A stretch of 64,000 nt of DNA from Octopus vulgaris (lineage: Eukaryota). The notes under the pieces are model-generated. The model was not told the origin of the DNA, made no database searches, and saw nothing but the letters and a program-made list of their open reading frames with translations. The translations under genes and the position numbers were made by a program. The stretch covers positions 54,064,001 to 54,128,000 of the forward strand of contig OX597826.1 of the NCBI GenBank assembly GCA_951406725.2, given 5' to 3'. Shown here one piece after another: positions 1-12,487 of the stretch (the first letter of the stretch is position 1; the number at the start of each line of letters is the position of its first letter).

Positions 1-440
1 TTAAAAAAAAATTATAAGCCTCATCACTCAAGGGCAATAACTTAATACTTCAGTTTTGATGATACAAAATTAAACTAAATGGCCAACAATTAATAAATAG
101 CAGAGGCTGGACAGGCAATACAGCTTATAGTCATAGCAGTGGAATCACTAGAATTGCACACCTTGAAGGTATCACTTAATTTTTATTTCAAATAAGCTGG
201 CTTCATAGCTAGGGAATATCAACTAGTTGCGTATCTGCAAACTAAATGGACCCTTCTGTGAGTGTGTAATAATCTTCATTCATTTAATGACTCTATAGAC
301 ACTTTTTTAAATATTCCATTTGAATTCTTCACCCCCATTTTATTCAGTATATTATTGTTATTTTATTTATGAACTCACCAAGCAGTAAGCGTGATTTCAT
401 TAAATGGATGAAAAACTATTTATATACTATGAAAAATAAG

Positions 441-530
441 TCATCGTCTTCATCATCATCATCATCATCAATAAAAATTTATGAAAAATTTATGAAAAAT
501 AAGTCATCATCGTCGTCGTCGTCGTCATCG

Positions 531-568
<38 letters not shown>

Positions 569-882
569 ATCATCATCATCATCATCATCAATAAAAGTTT
601 ATTAACTTTGAATAATCGTTATCATCACCACTATCATTATCAGCAACATTATCATCGTCGTCATCATCATCATCATCATCATCACTACCATCCATACCAC
701 CACCACCACCACCATCACCACCAACGCTGCCATTAACATTATCGTCATTCACATTGTTACCAATGCCACTATCCCCACCCAACACCAACGTCACTACCAT
801 CTACAACTACACCACCACCACTACCACCACCACCACCACCACCACCACCACCCACCACCCCACCACCACCATCACGACCACC
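441..882. repeat. (TCA/TCG)n and (ACC)n microsatellites with a short tandem duplication
   Basis: Visible in sequence; tatgaaaaataagtcatc...tcatcaataaaa occurs twice. Confidence 0.9.
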
Positions 883-1222
883 AGTTTTTCACTCTTACAC
901 AACTTTGATGGCCATAGCCATTTCTTCTCTGTTCCTCACTGTATTCAGCTAATACATTTATGCAACCAAACTTCCAAATTGTAGTAGATTAATCATCTTT
1001 CTACCATATTTGCCCCCCACCGTCATCTTTGAGCGCCGTTTATACATTTCAATGAACTAGGATTTCACTACACAATTTAACATCAAAGTAAATAAAAGTG
1101 TGTATATTTATAGAACTTGATGATGGAAAAATTCTACTAAAACTATTAGTGTAAATGAACAATGAAAGAGGATGCTTATAGAATGATAAATGTTTACCAT
1201 CCTGTTAATACCTCACATCAGT

Positions 1223-3121
1223 ATCATCATCATCATTTAATGTCCCTTTTCCATGCTAGCATGGGTTGAACAATTCAACCAGGGTCTGGAAAGCCAGGAG
1301 TCTGCACCAGGCTCCCGTCTTATCTGGCAGTGTTTCTACAGCTGGATGCCCTTCCTAACACCAACCACTCCATGAGTGTAGTGGGTGCTTTCTGCATGCC
1401 ACCAGCACAGGGGCCAGAGGAGGCTGGCAATGGCCATGATTGGTTGGTGCTTTTTACATACCACCGGCACGGAAGCCTGTCAAGGCAGCGCTGGCATCGG
1501 CCACATTCAGATGGTGCTTTTTACGTGCCACCGGCATGGGTATCACAACAATTTCCATTTGACTTTTATTTTGATTTTGATTCTGATTTTGATTTTGATG
1601 TTGATGTACTTGACTCAATAGGTCTCCTCAAGCACAGCAGGTCTCCCTATGATCCAAAAGGTAAGTCCTGCAATCTAAGGTACTTTGAATGGGCTGGGGC
1701 TGGTTATGTGAAGCTGGTGTAGGATACAGCCATGAACTCACTTTATTTGTTGGGTCTTCGCAGTCACAGCATATCTCCAGAGGTCTCGGTCTTTCATCAT
1801 TGCCTCTGTGAGGCCCAACGTCTGAAGGTCATGCTTGACCACCTCATCCTTTGTCTTCCTGGGTCTACCTCTACCCCAGATTCCTTCAACTGTTAGGGAA
1901 TGGCACTTCTTCACACATCTCTCCTCATCCATCCATAGTACATGACCATACCAGTGCAAACGTCTCTCTTGTACACCACACCTGATGCTTCTTATGTCCA
2001 GCATTTCTCTCAGGGTGCTTACACCCTGTCATGTGTGCACATTGATATTACACATCCAGTGGATATTGCTAGCTTCATTTCTTTCGAGCCTACGCATGTC
2101 CTCCGCAGTCACGGCCCATGTTTCACTGCTGTGAAGCATAGCAGTTCGCATACATGCATCATACAATCTACCTTTCACTCTGAGCGAAAGGCCCTTTGTC
2201 ACCAGTAGGGGTAGAAGCTTTCTAAACTTTGCCCAGGCTATTCTTATTGTAGTGGTAACACTCTCTGAGCATCCAACCCCACTACCAACTTGGTCGCCTA
2301 GGTAGCGAAAGCTATCAACTACTTCTAGTTTCTCCCCCTGGAGTGTGATGGAATCTGTTTTCTGAGCATCTGTGGTGTCTATTGCCCCTGTGCATCTGCT
2401 GCACACGAAAGCTATCATCTTGGTTAATTTTCCTTTGATGTTGCTGCACCTCTTACGTGTCCATAGCTTACACTGAGTACATCTTATGGAGTTTCTACCT
2501 ACACTTTTTCTACTAAAAAGTGTAGGGGTGTGTGATGAGTTCGCCTTCCTACTTTCTATAACTTTGGTCTTTGCTACGTTGACTCTAAGGCCTTTTGATT
2601 CTAAACCTAGCTTCCACACCCAAAATTTCTTTTCTAGTTCCGGTAGTGATTCTGCTATGAGGGGCAGGTCATCATCATAGAGGAGCTCCCAAGGGCAACC
2701 CATCTTGAATTGCTCTGTTACTGCCTGGAGGACTATGATGAATAAAAGGGGACTGAGGGCTGAACCATGGTGAACCCCTACTGCTACCTGGAATTCTTCA
2801 CTATACTCATTGCCAATCCTAACTTGTATAGGGCCTGTACAGACTTTATTGTCAATCTCCAATTTCCGCATCGCCCACCAGATAAGGGATCGGGGAACCC
2901 TGTCAAAGGCTTTCTTGAAGACCACAAAAGCTAAGCATAGGGGTTTATCTTTAGCTAGGTATTTCTCCTTCAGTTGTCAAACCAGGAATATGGCATCAGT
3001 GGTGCTTCTACCCGGCACAAAACCGAACTGCATCTCATCTTAAGCAGACTCTCTCCCTAATGAGATGGGCTATGACTCTCTCCGTGAACTTCATCACCTG
3101 ATCCAGCAGTTTGATACCCCT
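1223..3121 (-). mobile_element. 5'-truncated RTE-clade LINE (decayed ORF2, 3' UTR, (GAT)n tail)
   Basis: RT motifs EMQFGFVPGRSTTDAIF, KAFDRVPR, GVHHGSALSPLLF, LLYDDDL and FRYLG; C-terminal RRLHWYGHV...GRGRPRKT; frameshifted across ORFs 2029-2925 and 1738-2004; (CAT)n at 1223-1236 on + is the tail. Confidence 0.93.
1738..3118 (-). pseudogene. Degenerate RTE reverse transcriptase with an internal Cys-rich PHD-like insert
   Basis: Frameshifts, YADD changed to YDDD, and CTQCKLWTRKRC...FVCSRC between the YxDD and YLG motifs. Confidence 0.88.
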
Positions 3122-3339
3122 ATCTAAAATATAAATTTTCTGATATCAAAGCTAACAATTTTGTTCAATGAGGCCCACAATTCAGTACAAGAAGCTTGTT
3201 TCCTAACCACATGGTTCTAGGTTCGGTCCCACTGTGTGTCACCTTGGACATGTGACTTCTACTATAGCCTCAGGCCAACCAAAGCCATGTGAGTGGATTT
3301 AGTAGACAGAAACTTAAAGAAACCGATCATGCATATGCA

Positions 3340-3781
3340 TGAGGAAGCATGGAGGAGGAGGAAGCAGGGAGGAGGAGGAAGCAAGGAGGAGGAAGCAGGG
3401 AGGAGGAGGAAGCAGAGAGGAGGAGGAAGCAAGGAGGAAGCAGGGAGGAGGAGGAAGCAGAGAGGAGGAGGAAGCAAGGAGGAGGAGGAAGCAGGGAGGA
3501 GGAAGCAAGGAGGAGGAGGAAGCAGGGAGGAGGAAGCAAGGAGGAGGAAGCAGGAAGGGGGAGGAAGCAGGGAGGAGGAGGAAGCAGGGAGTAGGAGGAA
3601 GCAGGGAGGAGGAGGAAGCAGGGAGTAGGAGGAAGCAGGGAGGAGGAGAAGGCAAGGAGGAGGAAGCAGAGAGGAGGTGGGAGCAGGAAGGAGGAGGAAG
3701 CAAGGAGGAGGAAGAAGCAGGAAGGAGGAGGAAGCAGGGAGGAAGCAGGGAGGAGGATGGGAAGTGGAGAGAGTAGGAGGA
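3340..3781. repeat. Purine-rich degenerate minisatellite (GGAGGAGGAAGCAGG-like)
   Basis: About 440 bp of GGA/GCA units directly after a SINE-A head (about 3190-3325); explains the ORFs at 3262-3837. Confidence 0.92.
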
Positions 3782-4628
3782 AACCCTGAAGACTGATAGC
3801 CCAAACGTTTCCAACAGTGTGAGCTCTTCTTAAGCACCTAAGAGCTGCTGCTGCTATTGCTGTTACATAAAGATTTGGACCAATAGTGCACTTTACCCAT
3901 TGATGAATACTTCTGATTATACCTCAACCAGTAAATACAAACATTTAACCGGTGTAACCGTTTATTTCACCTTTCTATGAAATATTGTCAGTTTTAGTAG
4001 ATTTTTTTTTTCTTTACAGATAACACAAAGTGATTAAGCAGATCCAGCTTATACCATTCACAACAAACTCATCTTCATCGTTTCATTCAGTCTCAATAAA
4101 ATTATATAAGAGAAATAAACAATATTATGATAAAAGCTTGTAATAAATCAAAACATTTAAGATCTCGTTTTGTTTTTGTTTTGTTTATTTCATTTTATTT
4201 CATTTTATTTATTTATTTATTTATTTTTGCATTTGTGTGTGTAAGTATCTGGTTTATACATGAAGTAAAGATAATAAAAGTCTATATAAATTTCAGAGAC
4301 TGATAAATGTAGTATATAAAACTAAATTACTGAACATCCTGTTACAGCTGAAGATGAAAAAAAAAAACAAAAAAACATTCAGTTCTGAGATCACAGAAGA
4401 CAGTTGTTTTATGGAATGTTAGAGTGTACGTGCATATGTGCAAGTATGTATGCTGTAACAGAGAGAGAAAGAGAGAGAGAGAGAGAATGTGAGAGAGAGA
4501 ATGTGAGAGACAGAGAGAGTAAAGAATACTATAGAACAAGGGGTGAAATTTTAGTAAAGCAAATATGTGATCTAGTTTCAATTCCAACTTATTTATTATA
4601 ATTATAATTATAATTGTTATTATTAAAA

Positions 4629-4799
4629 GGCGTAGGAGTGGCTGTGTGGTAAGTAGCTTGCTTACGAACCACATGGTTCCGGGTTCAGTCCCACTGCGCA
4701 GCACCTTGGACAAGTGTCTTCTACTATAGCCCCGGGCCAACCAAAGCCTTGTGAGTGGATTTGGTAGACAGAAACTGAAAGAAGCCCGTCGTATATGTG

Positions 4800-4836
<37 letters not shown>

Positions 4837-5036
4837 CTGTGTTTGTCCTCCCAACATTGCTTGACAACTGATGCTGGTGTGTTTACGTCCCCATAACTTA
4901 GCGGTTCAGCAAAAGAGACTGATAGAATAAGTACTAGGCTTACAAAGAATAAGTCCTGGGGTCGATTTGCTCGACTAAAGGCGGTGCTCCAGCATGGCCA
5001 CAGTCACATGACAGAAACAAATAGAAGAGTAGAAGA

Positions 5037-5038
<2 letters not shown>
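4629..5038 (+). mobile_element. tRNA-derived SINE family A, full-length copy (bipartite, central microsatellite)
   Basis: Head with A-box-like tggctgtgtggtaag and B-box-like ggttcagtccc, central (TA)n(TG)n, tail ending gaaacaaatagaagagt. About 20 more full or partial copies, e.g. 8049, 19227, 23224, 29480(-), 38228, 39383(-), 39713, 44463, 50408, 57715(-). Confidence 0.9.
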
Positions 5039-5074
<36 letters not shown>

Positions 5075-5125
5075 TATTATTATTATTATTATTACTACTA
5101 CTACTATTATTATTATTATTATTAA

Positions 5126-5161
<36 letters not shown>

Positions 5162-5749
5162 CATCATTATTATCATTATCATTATTATTATTATCATCAT
5201 CATTATTATAATTATTTGGTATCATATACTGTTACTTGTGGACAGAAGCATATGTAAATACAGTTTCACTCTTCCAACAGGTCAGCCACAGGTTCACTGC
5301 ACTTCTGATGATGAAAGTGATAAGGAAGTGTCTAAAACTGAGGTCTTTGTTTGAAGATGGCTAGGTTTTTGTACTTTATTTTATCTATCTATTTACTTAT
5401 TGGTGGGGGAGTATATTTACATGTTACATTGATATAAATCAGTAAAAAAAATAAAATGTAGGTGCAGTGTGGCTGCGTGGTAAGAAGCTCTCTTCCCAAC
5501 CACATGGTTCTGGGTTCAGTACCACTGAGTGGCTTGGACAAGTGTCTTCTACTATTAGCCTCGGACTGACCAAAGCCTTATGAGTGTATTTGCAAATATT
5601 GATAGGGCACAGAAAACGTGTCAATAGCCAGCTGGAAGATGTGTCCTCCTGGTGCTACAAGCTACAGTAGCATCCACCCTTAGGAGTTAGCCACATTTAA
5701 GTGGCAAATATACTTCACGATATATTATTTACATTATATATAATGGCCT

Positions 5750-5997
5750 GGCCCCCGTGCTGGTGGCATGTAAAAGCACCATCCGATCGTCTGGCACCTG
5801 TGCCGGTGGCACGTAAATAGCACACACTACACTCACAGTGGTTGGCGTTAGGAAGGGCATCCAGCCGTAGAAACATTGCCAGATCAGACTGGGCCTGGTG
5901 CAGCCTTCTGGCTTCCCAGACCCCAGTTGAACCATCCAAACCATGCTAGCATGGAAAGTGGACGCTAAACGATGATGATGATGATGATGATGATGAT
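5750..5997 (+). mobile_element. RTE 3' tail copy (or RTE-dependent SINE)
   Basis: ggcgttaggaagggcatccagccgtagaaac...ggacgctaaac(gat)n matches the 3' end of the LINE at 1223-1540; further copies near 6035, 6570, 14545, 25360, 32395, 35250, 36810. Confidence 0.85.
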
Positions 5998-6731
5998 ATA
6001 TATATATTCAAGTCAATCCTCATCATTAGCATCATCAACATTCAATGTCCATTCTCTTCTCCATGCTGTTATGGGTTGAACAATTTGATAGATTCCAGCA
6101 AGCTGTAGGGCTGTGTTGAGCTCCAGTGTGTGTGTGTGTTGGGGGTGGGGACAACTTCTCTTTTAGACATGACATACTAAAGACATGACTATATTCTAGT
6201 TTATTTATATTGTTAAGAATTGTTTATAGATTTGAGAACTTTATTATTTAGACTAAAGATCTTAATATTTCTAGACCTTCACAGCCTCATCCTCAGGATG
6301 CAGAGTGTTATTGGCATGTGTAACTGCCTCTGTTTGAAATAACAATCACTTACTACAAAACGGGCAGTTATACACTCTAATAACATTTCATACCATAAAG
6401 ATGGTAAAAAAATTCAAAAATATTGACCATGGATTTAAGAGTATTTATTATTGTTCCAAACAAACAGCAAGGCACTCACAAAAGCCTTAGCAAAAGAAGG
6501 ATAATACTAGCAAATAGTTAGCTTTTCAATACAACATGCATGTGTGTGTGTGTGAGTGTGTGTCTTCCTATGTGGTTGGTGTTAGGAATGGTGTCCAGCA
6601 ATAGAAAACATGCCAAAGCAGATATTGAAGCACAATGCAGTCCTTGCACTTGTTGGATCTGGTCAAAAATCATCCAATCCATATCAGCTTGAAAGATGGA
6701 CATTGAAAGATGATGATATTGATGATGATAG

Positions 6732-6775
<44 letters not shown>

Positions 6776-6776
6776 T

Positions 6777-6813
<37 letters not shown>

Positions 6814-7078
6814 ATAAAAGACAGGTGATCGCTAAATGGCAGCCAAACCTTGTCTGCCTAGATTCTGTTTTGCATTATTTGATATTGGATTTTAATCATT
6901 TGAATCCAGTTTCAGCACAGACCTGTCAGTATCCATTATACATCTATATTCTTATCCATATATATATATTTATATATATATATATATAGTTGAAATTTAC
7001 AGAAAAATAAAAAGACAAAGACAGGTGTATAAACAACAAGCAGGTGTATTAGTTTGATGCTTAGGAAGGTGAGAAAGT

Positions 7079-7114
7079 ATTTTACGTTTCGAGCCTACGC
7101 TCTTCAACAGAAAG
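7079..7114 (-). ncRNA. Minimal type-I hammerhead-like motif in a Penelope-like repeat (variant core)
   Basis: Reverse complement CTTT-CTGTTGA-A-GAGC-GTAG-GCTC-GAAAC-GTA-AAAT, within a repeat (about 6990-7180) flanked by (TA)n. Confidence 0.6.
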
Positions 7115-8286
7115 GAACATGCAGAAATAAATAGATAGAGAATAATAAAAAAAAACTTGTGGATTTAGTGGTCATTCATGGTATATATAACTAATGTGTG
7201 GTCAGATGGTTATACTTCACAACTGCAAGTTACAGAGCTCAATTCCACACCATGGCACTTTGAGCGACTGTCATTTTCTAAAGCCTCAAGTCAACACTCT
7301 TGTGAGTGAAATTGGGCAGATGGAAATTTGTACAGAAGCCCAACAGAAGCATTTCTTACAATAATAGTCTGTACTTACTCATTATATTTTTCCTTTGTAG
7401 CTAGGTGAACTGAACCATTAAATGTCTTTGCAATGAATAAAACACAATAAAACATAATGCTAGTAGTCTAACGGGTCAACATCCTCTCAAATCAGTCAGT
7501 TTTAGCTCTTCTGACTAAGTTTGATAGTTCTCCATGCCATAAATATATATCTGTAGTAATTGTTTTTTAACATGCATGATAAAAAGAAAAGGAGTAAATG
7601 TTTCAGTAAGGAAACACAACAGCCAAATGAATACACACGCATATATAATTGGTTGTAGATATGTATGTGTGTGTGTGTAAATGTGTGTATACACAGAACT
7701 GCGTTCTTGACTAACATGTATGACATTATTTAAACATCACTAAATTGTAAGAGCACTAGAAATAGCTACTTCAAACTTAATTAGAATAATATCTCTCCCT
7801 TAAGATTTCATGTTTGTTTTAGAGCAAAAATTGGCACCAGCTCTTCCTTAACACAATGGCCAGTACTGACAAATTGAAAACCAGTTTATGAAAGTTTCTG
7901 GCCTGATAGTCAAACATTATTTATATGTAAATATTGTTTTTGAACAATAAAAAAAATCAATTAAAATTTTTAAAAATTTAAACTTCATAAATTTTGTAAT
8001 TTATGAAGTCACATTTCTCTTCAGTGAAAGAATTCAATCCGATATAAGCACAGGAGTGGCTGTGTGGTAAGAAGCTTGCTTCTTAACCACATGGTTCAGG
8101 ATTCAGTCCCACTGCGTGACACCTTGGGCAAGTGTCTTCTATTACAGGCTCAGGCCAACCAAAGCCTCGTGAGTGGATTTAGTAGACAGAAACTGAAAGA
8201 AGCTTGTAATATATATATTTATGTATGTTTTTGTGTGTCTGTGTTTGTCCTCCCACCATCGCTTGACAACCAATGTTGGTGTATTA

Positions 8287-8485
8287 AGGTGGCGAGCTGG
8301 CAGAATCATTAGCACACTGGATGAAATGCTTAGTGGTATTTCACCCATCGCTACATTCTGAGTTCAAATTCCACCGAGGTCCAACTTCAATGGTCAATAA
8401 AATAAGTACCAGCTGAACACTGGAGTCGATGTAATCAACTCATCCCCACCTCCCCCAAGCTGCCCTTGTGGCAAAAATTTGACAT
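8287..8485 (+). mobile_element. SINE family B with Nin/Deu-like domain (internally deleted copy)
   Basis: Head aaggtggcgagctggcagaatc, B-box gagttcaaattcc, aataagtaccag; other copies near 22258(-), 28885(-), 34300(-), 39085(-), 48545(-), 56530(-), 62297(+). Confidence 0.8.
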
Positions 8486-8487
8486 AA

Positions 8488-8542
<55 letters not shown>

Positions 8543-8545
<3 letters not shown>

Positions 8546-9092
8546 CCCTGATGCAGTACCAGGCATTGGCTCTCATGGCTTCTGATCTTAACTGATTGGA
8601 AGTGTTATCATGTACATTGTTTTGTCTTGGTATAAAAGATGGGCTACAGCAAATATTCTGCTCAATACCACAGATTTGCTTGTCAGTTGTTTGACCTTAA
8701 CAAGTTGAGCATGTCCCTTAGTGGCTGACGATATGTGCATCTCTGATCACGAGCAGAAGTAGTGGGGGAGCATCATAGCCGTGTGTTGAAAGGAATTCTT
8801 GGAGGCTTGGATAATTCGCCTTTGCAAACACGTTCAACATCCTTAAATATTCCTTATTCAGGGACCTTTTGAGTGGGATGGGCTACTCGATCAAAAGAAA
8901 ATTTTAACTGGGCCCCACCTGCAAGGTCATGCGCTGTTTATCTTAATATGAGATCAGCATGTCACGCACATATGGTTGTGATGCATGTGCCTGGTGTACC
9001 CTTATCAGACGGGTAGTCCTGATGGGTATACTGGGCTTCGTATATTTTACCCCAGTGTCACTTTGATGGTATGCACTGCTCTCTCACTCAAT
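8543..9092. repeat. Unclassified GC-richer 550-bp element embedded in (AAT)n
   Basis: Sharp compositional boundaries with (AAT)n on both sides; no ORF; probably a retroposon remnant (inference). Confidence 0.45.
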
Positions 9093-9093
9093 G

Positions 9094-9129
<36 letters not shown>

Positions 9130-9152
9130 TCATCATCATCATCATCATCATT

Positions 9153-9189
<37 letters not shown>

Positions 9190-9798
9190 CTATTATCATT
9201 ATTACTGTGCCTATCAGACTTATACTTACGTAGTTCCTGAGCCTACAATGTTTGGTCTCTCATCTATAATACAGCCACATTAGATGCAAGGCCTTTTTTG
9301 ATATGAATGATAACTTCAAAATAATGAGGCCTTGCCACTTCAAAGTGAGGTTAATGATTTCAAAATGAGGCTTTTCCACTTCAAAGTGAGAACACAGACA
9401 GCATAATCGTCAGCTATATTTTCACATATGATTGTGAAGCCTGATTACAAAAATTGCATGATATCAAGACAAAGAGACAAAAACACACCCACACACACAG
9501 ACTCATGCACACACATATGTACATATTTATCTGTCCATAATATATGTAAGCCCAGTCCATGCCAATATGAAAAATGGATGTTAAATGATGATGATGATGA
9601 TAATGATGATGATGAAACATACATACACATATACATACACACACACACACACATACCTCATGGTCTTTTTTTCAGTTTCTACCAATCAAATCTATTTGTA
9701 AAGTTTTGGTCAGATCAATCAGTCCAATCCATGCCAATATGGAAAATGGGTGTTAAATGATGATGATGATGATGATACACAAACACACGCACACACAT

Positions 9799-10125
9799 GA
9801 AGGCACATGGTTCAGTAGAGAGTTGGGCTCATAATCATGAGGTAGTGAGTTCAATTCCTGGGCTGACTGTGTGTTGTGTTCTTGAGCAAGATGCTTTATT
9901 TTCATGTTGCTTCAGCTGTAGGACTGAGTTGTAATGACACTGGTATCAAGCTGTATTGGCCTTTGCCTTTCCCTTGGATAACATGGGTGGCAAAAAGAGG
10001 GGATGTTTGCATGCATTGGTGACTACTGGTCTTCCATAAAAACAGCCTTGCCTGGACTTGTACCTCAGAGGGTAACTTTCTAGGAGCAATCCTATGGTCA
10101 TTCATGACCGATGGGGATCTTTACC
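9799..10125 (+). mobile_element. SINE family C (tRNA head plus Meta-SINE-like domain)
   Basis: tRNA-like head followed by gtgttgtgttcttgagcaag...tttatttcatgttgct; same family as 30922-31232(-); related heads near 20445, 21365(-), 24790(-), 33040, 52410, 62020(-). Confidence 0.8.
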
Positions 10126-10135
10126 CTTGCCCTTT

Positions 10136-10610
10136 ATCATCATCATTGTCATTTAGCGACCGCTTTCCATGCTAGCATGGGTTGGACGGTTCAACTGGGG
10201 TTTGGGAAGCCAGAAGGCTGCACCAGGTCCAGTATGATCTGGCAATGTTTCTACGGCTGGATGCCCTTCCTAACGCCAACCACTCCGTGAGTGTAGTGGG
10301 TGCTTTTTACGTGCCACCGGCACAGGTGCCAGACGGGACTGCCAAACAGCCACGGTCAGATGGTGCTTTTTATGTGCCACCGTCACTGGTATCACAGCTA
10401 CAATTTCCATTGATGTTGATCAATTTCGATTTTGATTCTCACTTGCCTCAACAGGTCTTCACAAGTTGAATTTTGTGTCCCAAGAAGGGAAGGTATACAT
10501 AAGTGGACTGGCTACATCCCAGGTAGAGGCCATGGGTTATGGTCTCACTTGTCCTGCCGGGTCTTCTCACGCACAGCATACTTCCATAGGTCTCAGTCTC
10601 TAGTCATTTC
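10136..10610 (-). mobile_element. 5'-truncated RTE copy (end of ORF2 plus 3' UTR)
   Basis: Colinear with 1223-1800, including ggtcttc..cacagcata..tcc..aggtctc. Confidence 0.8.
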
Positions 10611-11355
10611 CATACACACACATACACACATGATGGTCTTCTTTCAGTTCCTACCTATCAAATCCATTCACAAAGTTTTGGTCAGTCCAGTTCTTTAGTA
10701 GAAGACACTTGCCAAATGTGCCACACAGTGGAACAGAATTAAAAAAACTACAAGGTTATGAAGAAACAATCTTCCTAACCATGCAACCATACCTGTCCAG
10801 TTCCTGCTCACTAATTACACAATTCCAATGGATCAATCTTGAAACAATAGATTCCCCTTTTCTTCAAGACACACAAACTTATCGATACCAATGATCTTCA
10901 CTGCATATTATTTTTACTGACACAGACCACTACAGGCTTACAAACTCATTTTTCTTTCTTTCACACGATGTTATTACTTCTAAGTTTGCACACTTCAATG
11001 TTTGACAAAGAAAATAATTTACTCAAATCTTAATAATCTTTAAATATTTACACAACTGTCTTACAAACCACTGATAGCATTTGAATTGGATAGTTTTATT
11101 GATTGTTAAAATAACCTCTATAGCTAACAGTGCACTTATCCAACTTTTGTGTTTGTTTTTATTTTAGCCTTTTTGCTTATTTGTTTGTTTATTTTCTTTG
11201 TTATTCAGTTAATTGTTAAAGCCATCATTCATAAAGGGCTTTATTCCAACATAAATTCGCTGTAAGTTAAGTGGTGCAAACACTAAATCAATACAAGTAA
11301 TTGACCAACATAAAAGTCCAACAGACATCTATCTCTGTCTCTATCTGTCTATCTG

Positions 11356-11386
<31 letters not shown>

Positions 11387-12090
11387 TCTGTCCAGGCCTG
11401 CATGGTTCTTGACAGGAATACATGGTTGGTGATTATGATTGTTTAGCTCCAAGTCAGCCTTGATTCAACAGACTAAATTATCAGATATACCACTTGTAAC
11501 TAGCTTGTCCTTTTAACTCTGGGTATAGTGTACCTAAGGTTTTGCTAACCAATGTTTAATTGCTTCTTTTTTTTTCCAGATAGTATGATTTCAAGGATTA
11601 TTGGCTGCTATTTCTAACAAATTCAATGGCCTTGTAGATGTCCCTTCACAGAGTTGCTATTCGTCAATGCCTAAGTTAAAGAGTGATATCATTAATATAG
11701 CCACGTGTAGCTATGTAAATGAGCTCCAGTCTTATGATAAAAAGCAGTTCTACCACATATATACTATTTCCAATCAGCTAAGCTGGTCTTGAACATAAAA
11801 TTATAAAGACATAATTAATTCTAACACTCTAAGAAACCTCATGACAAGGGTAATTAATAAATTCTCCTTCAGTCAGAAAGACTTTCCTTTATTTCCTTGT
11901 TATTTATAGATGGAAAACAAAATCACCCACACAAATAACTGATCTCAGAACAACAGGAAACCTGTATAGATAATCTGCAACATAGAGAGTTCATGGATGC
12001 TTGCTTGACTACGTTTGTTTTGGAAACATCAGAATCAAGTCTACGTCTAACCTTGCCCCAACATGCTTCTTGTTATCATTTTATTCATCA

Positions 12091-12475
12091 CTAGCAGTAT
12101 CGCCCGGCGTTGCTCGGGTTTGTAAGGGAAATAACTATATAAGCATTTTTAGAGAGTTATAGCCAAAAAATAGCCAAAAAATGCATTAAATGATGGTAAA
12201 TTTCTTTTTAAATCGTTGACTCATTGCAGATATTTTTAGAGAGTTACTTCCCTTATATAATAGCGAAAAAATGCATTAAAATGGAAAAAAATTATGGTAA
12301 ATTTTTTTTTAAATTGTAGACTCATCGTAGACGTGCACTAATACCCAGAAGGGCTCGATATGAATCACGACTATAAGATACCCGGTTTTGGTTAAACTGC
12401 ACCGCAAAATGTGGGAGTAGTTAGGAATCTAAATCGTAGGAGACAGACACACAACCTCTCTTTTATATATAAAGA
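12091..12475 (-). mobile_element. Non-autonomous Helitron
   Basis: On the minus strand it starts A|TC and ends with hairpin CCCGAGCAACGCCGGG then CTAG|T; no TSD; internal tandem duplication. Confidence 0.8.
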
Positions 12476-12487
12476 TTTCCATTTATA

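Noticed and set aside
369-984. Poly-Ser, poly-Asp and poly-Thr ORFs
   Set aside because: Translations of trinucleotide microsatellites
3262-3837. Long Glu/Gly/Arg-rich and Pro/Leu-rich ORFs
   Set aside because: A stop-poor minisatellite, open in most frames on both strands
4629-4700. tRNA-like A/B-box sequences, many copies
   Set aside because: They are SINE heads continuous with SINE bodies and do not form complete cloverleaves
7379-7550. Minus exon-like segment with a gtaagt donor, phase-compatible with 17999
   Set aside because: Poor pyrimidine tract and two stops; consistent with chance
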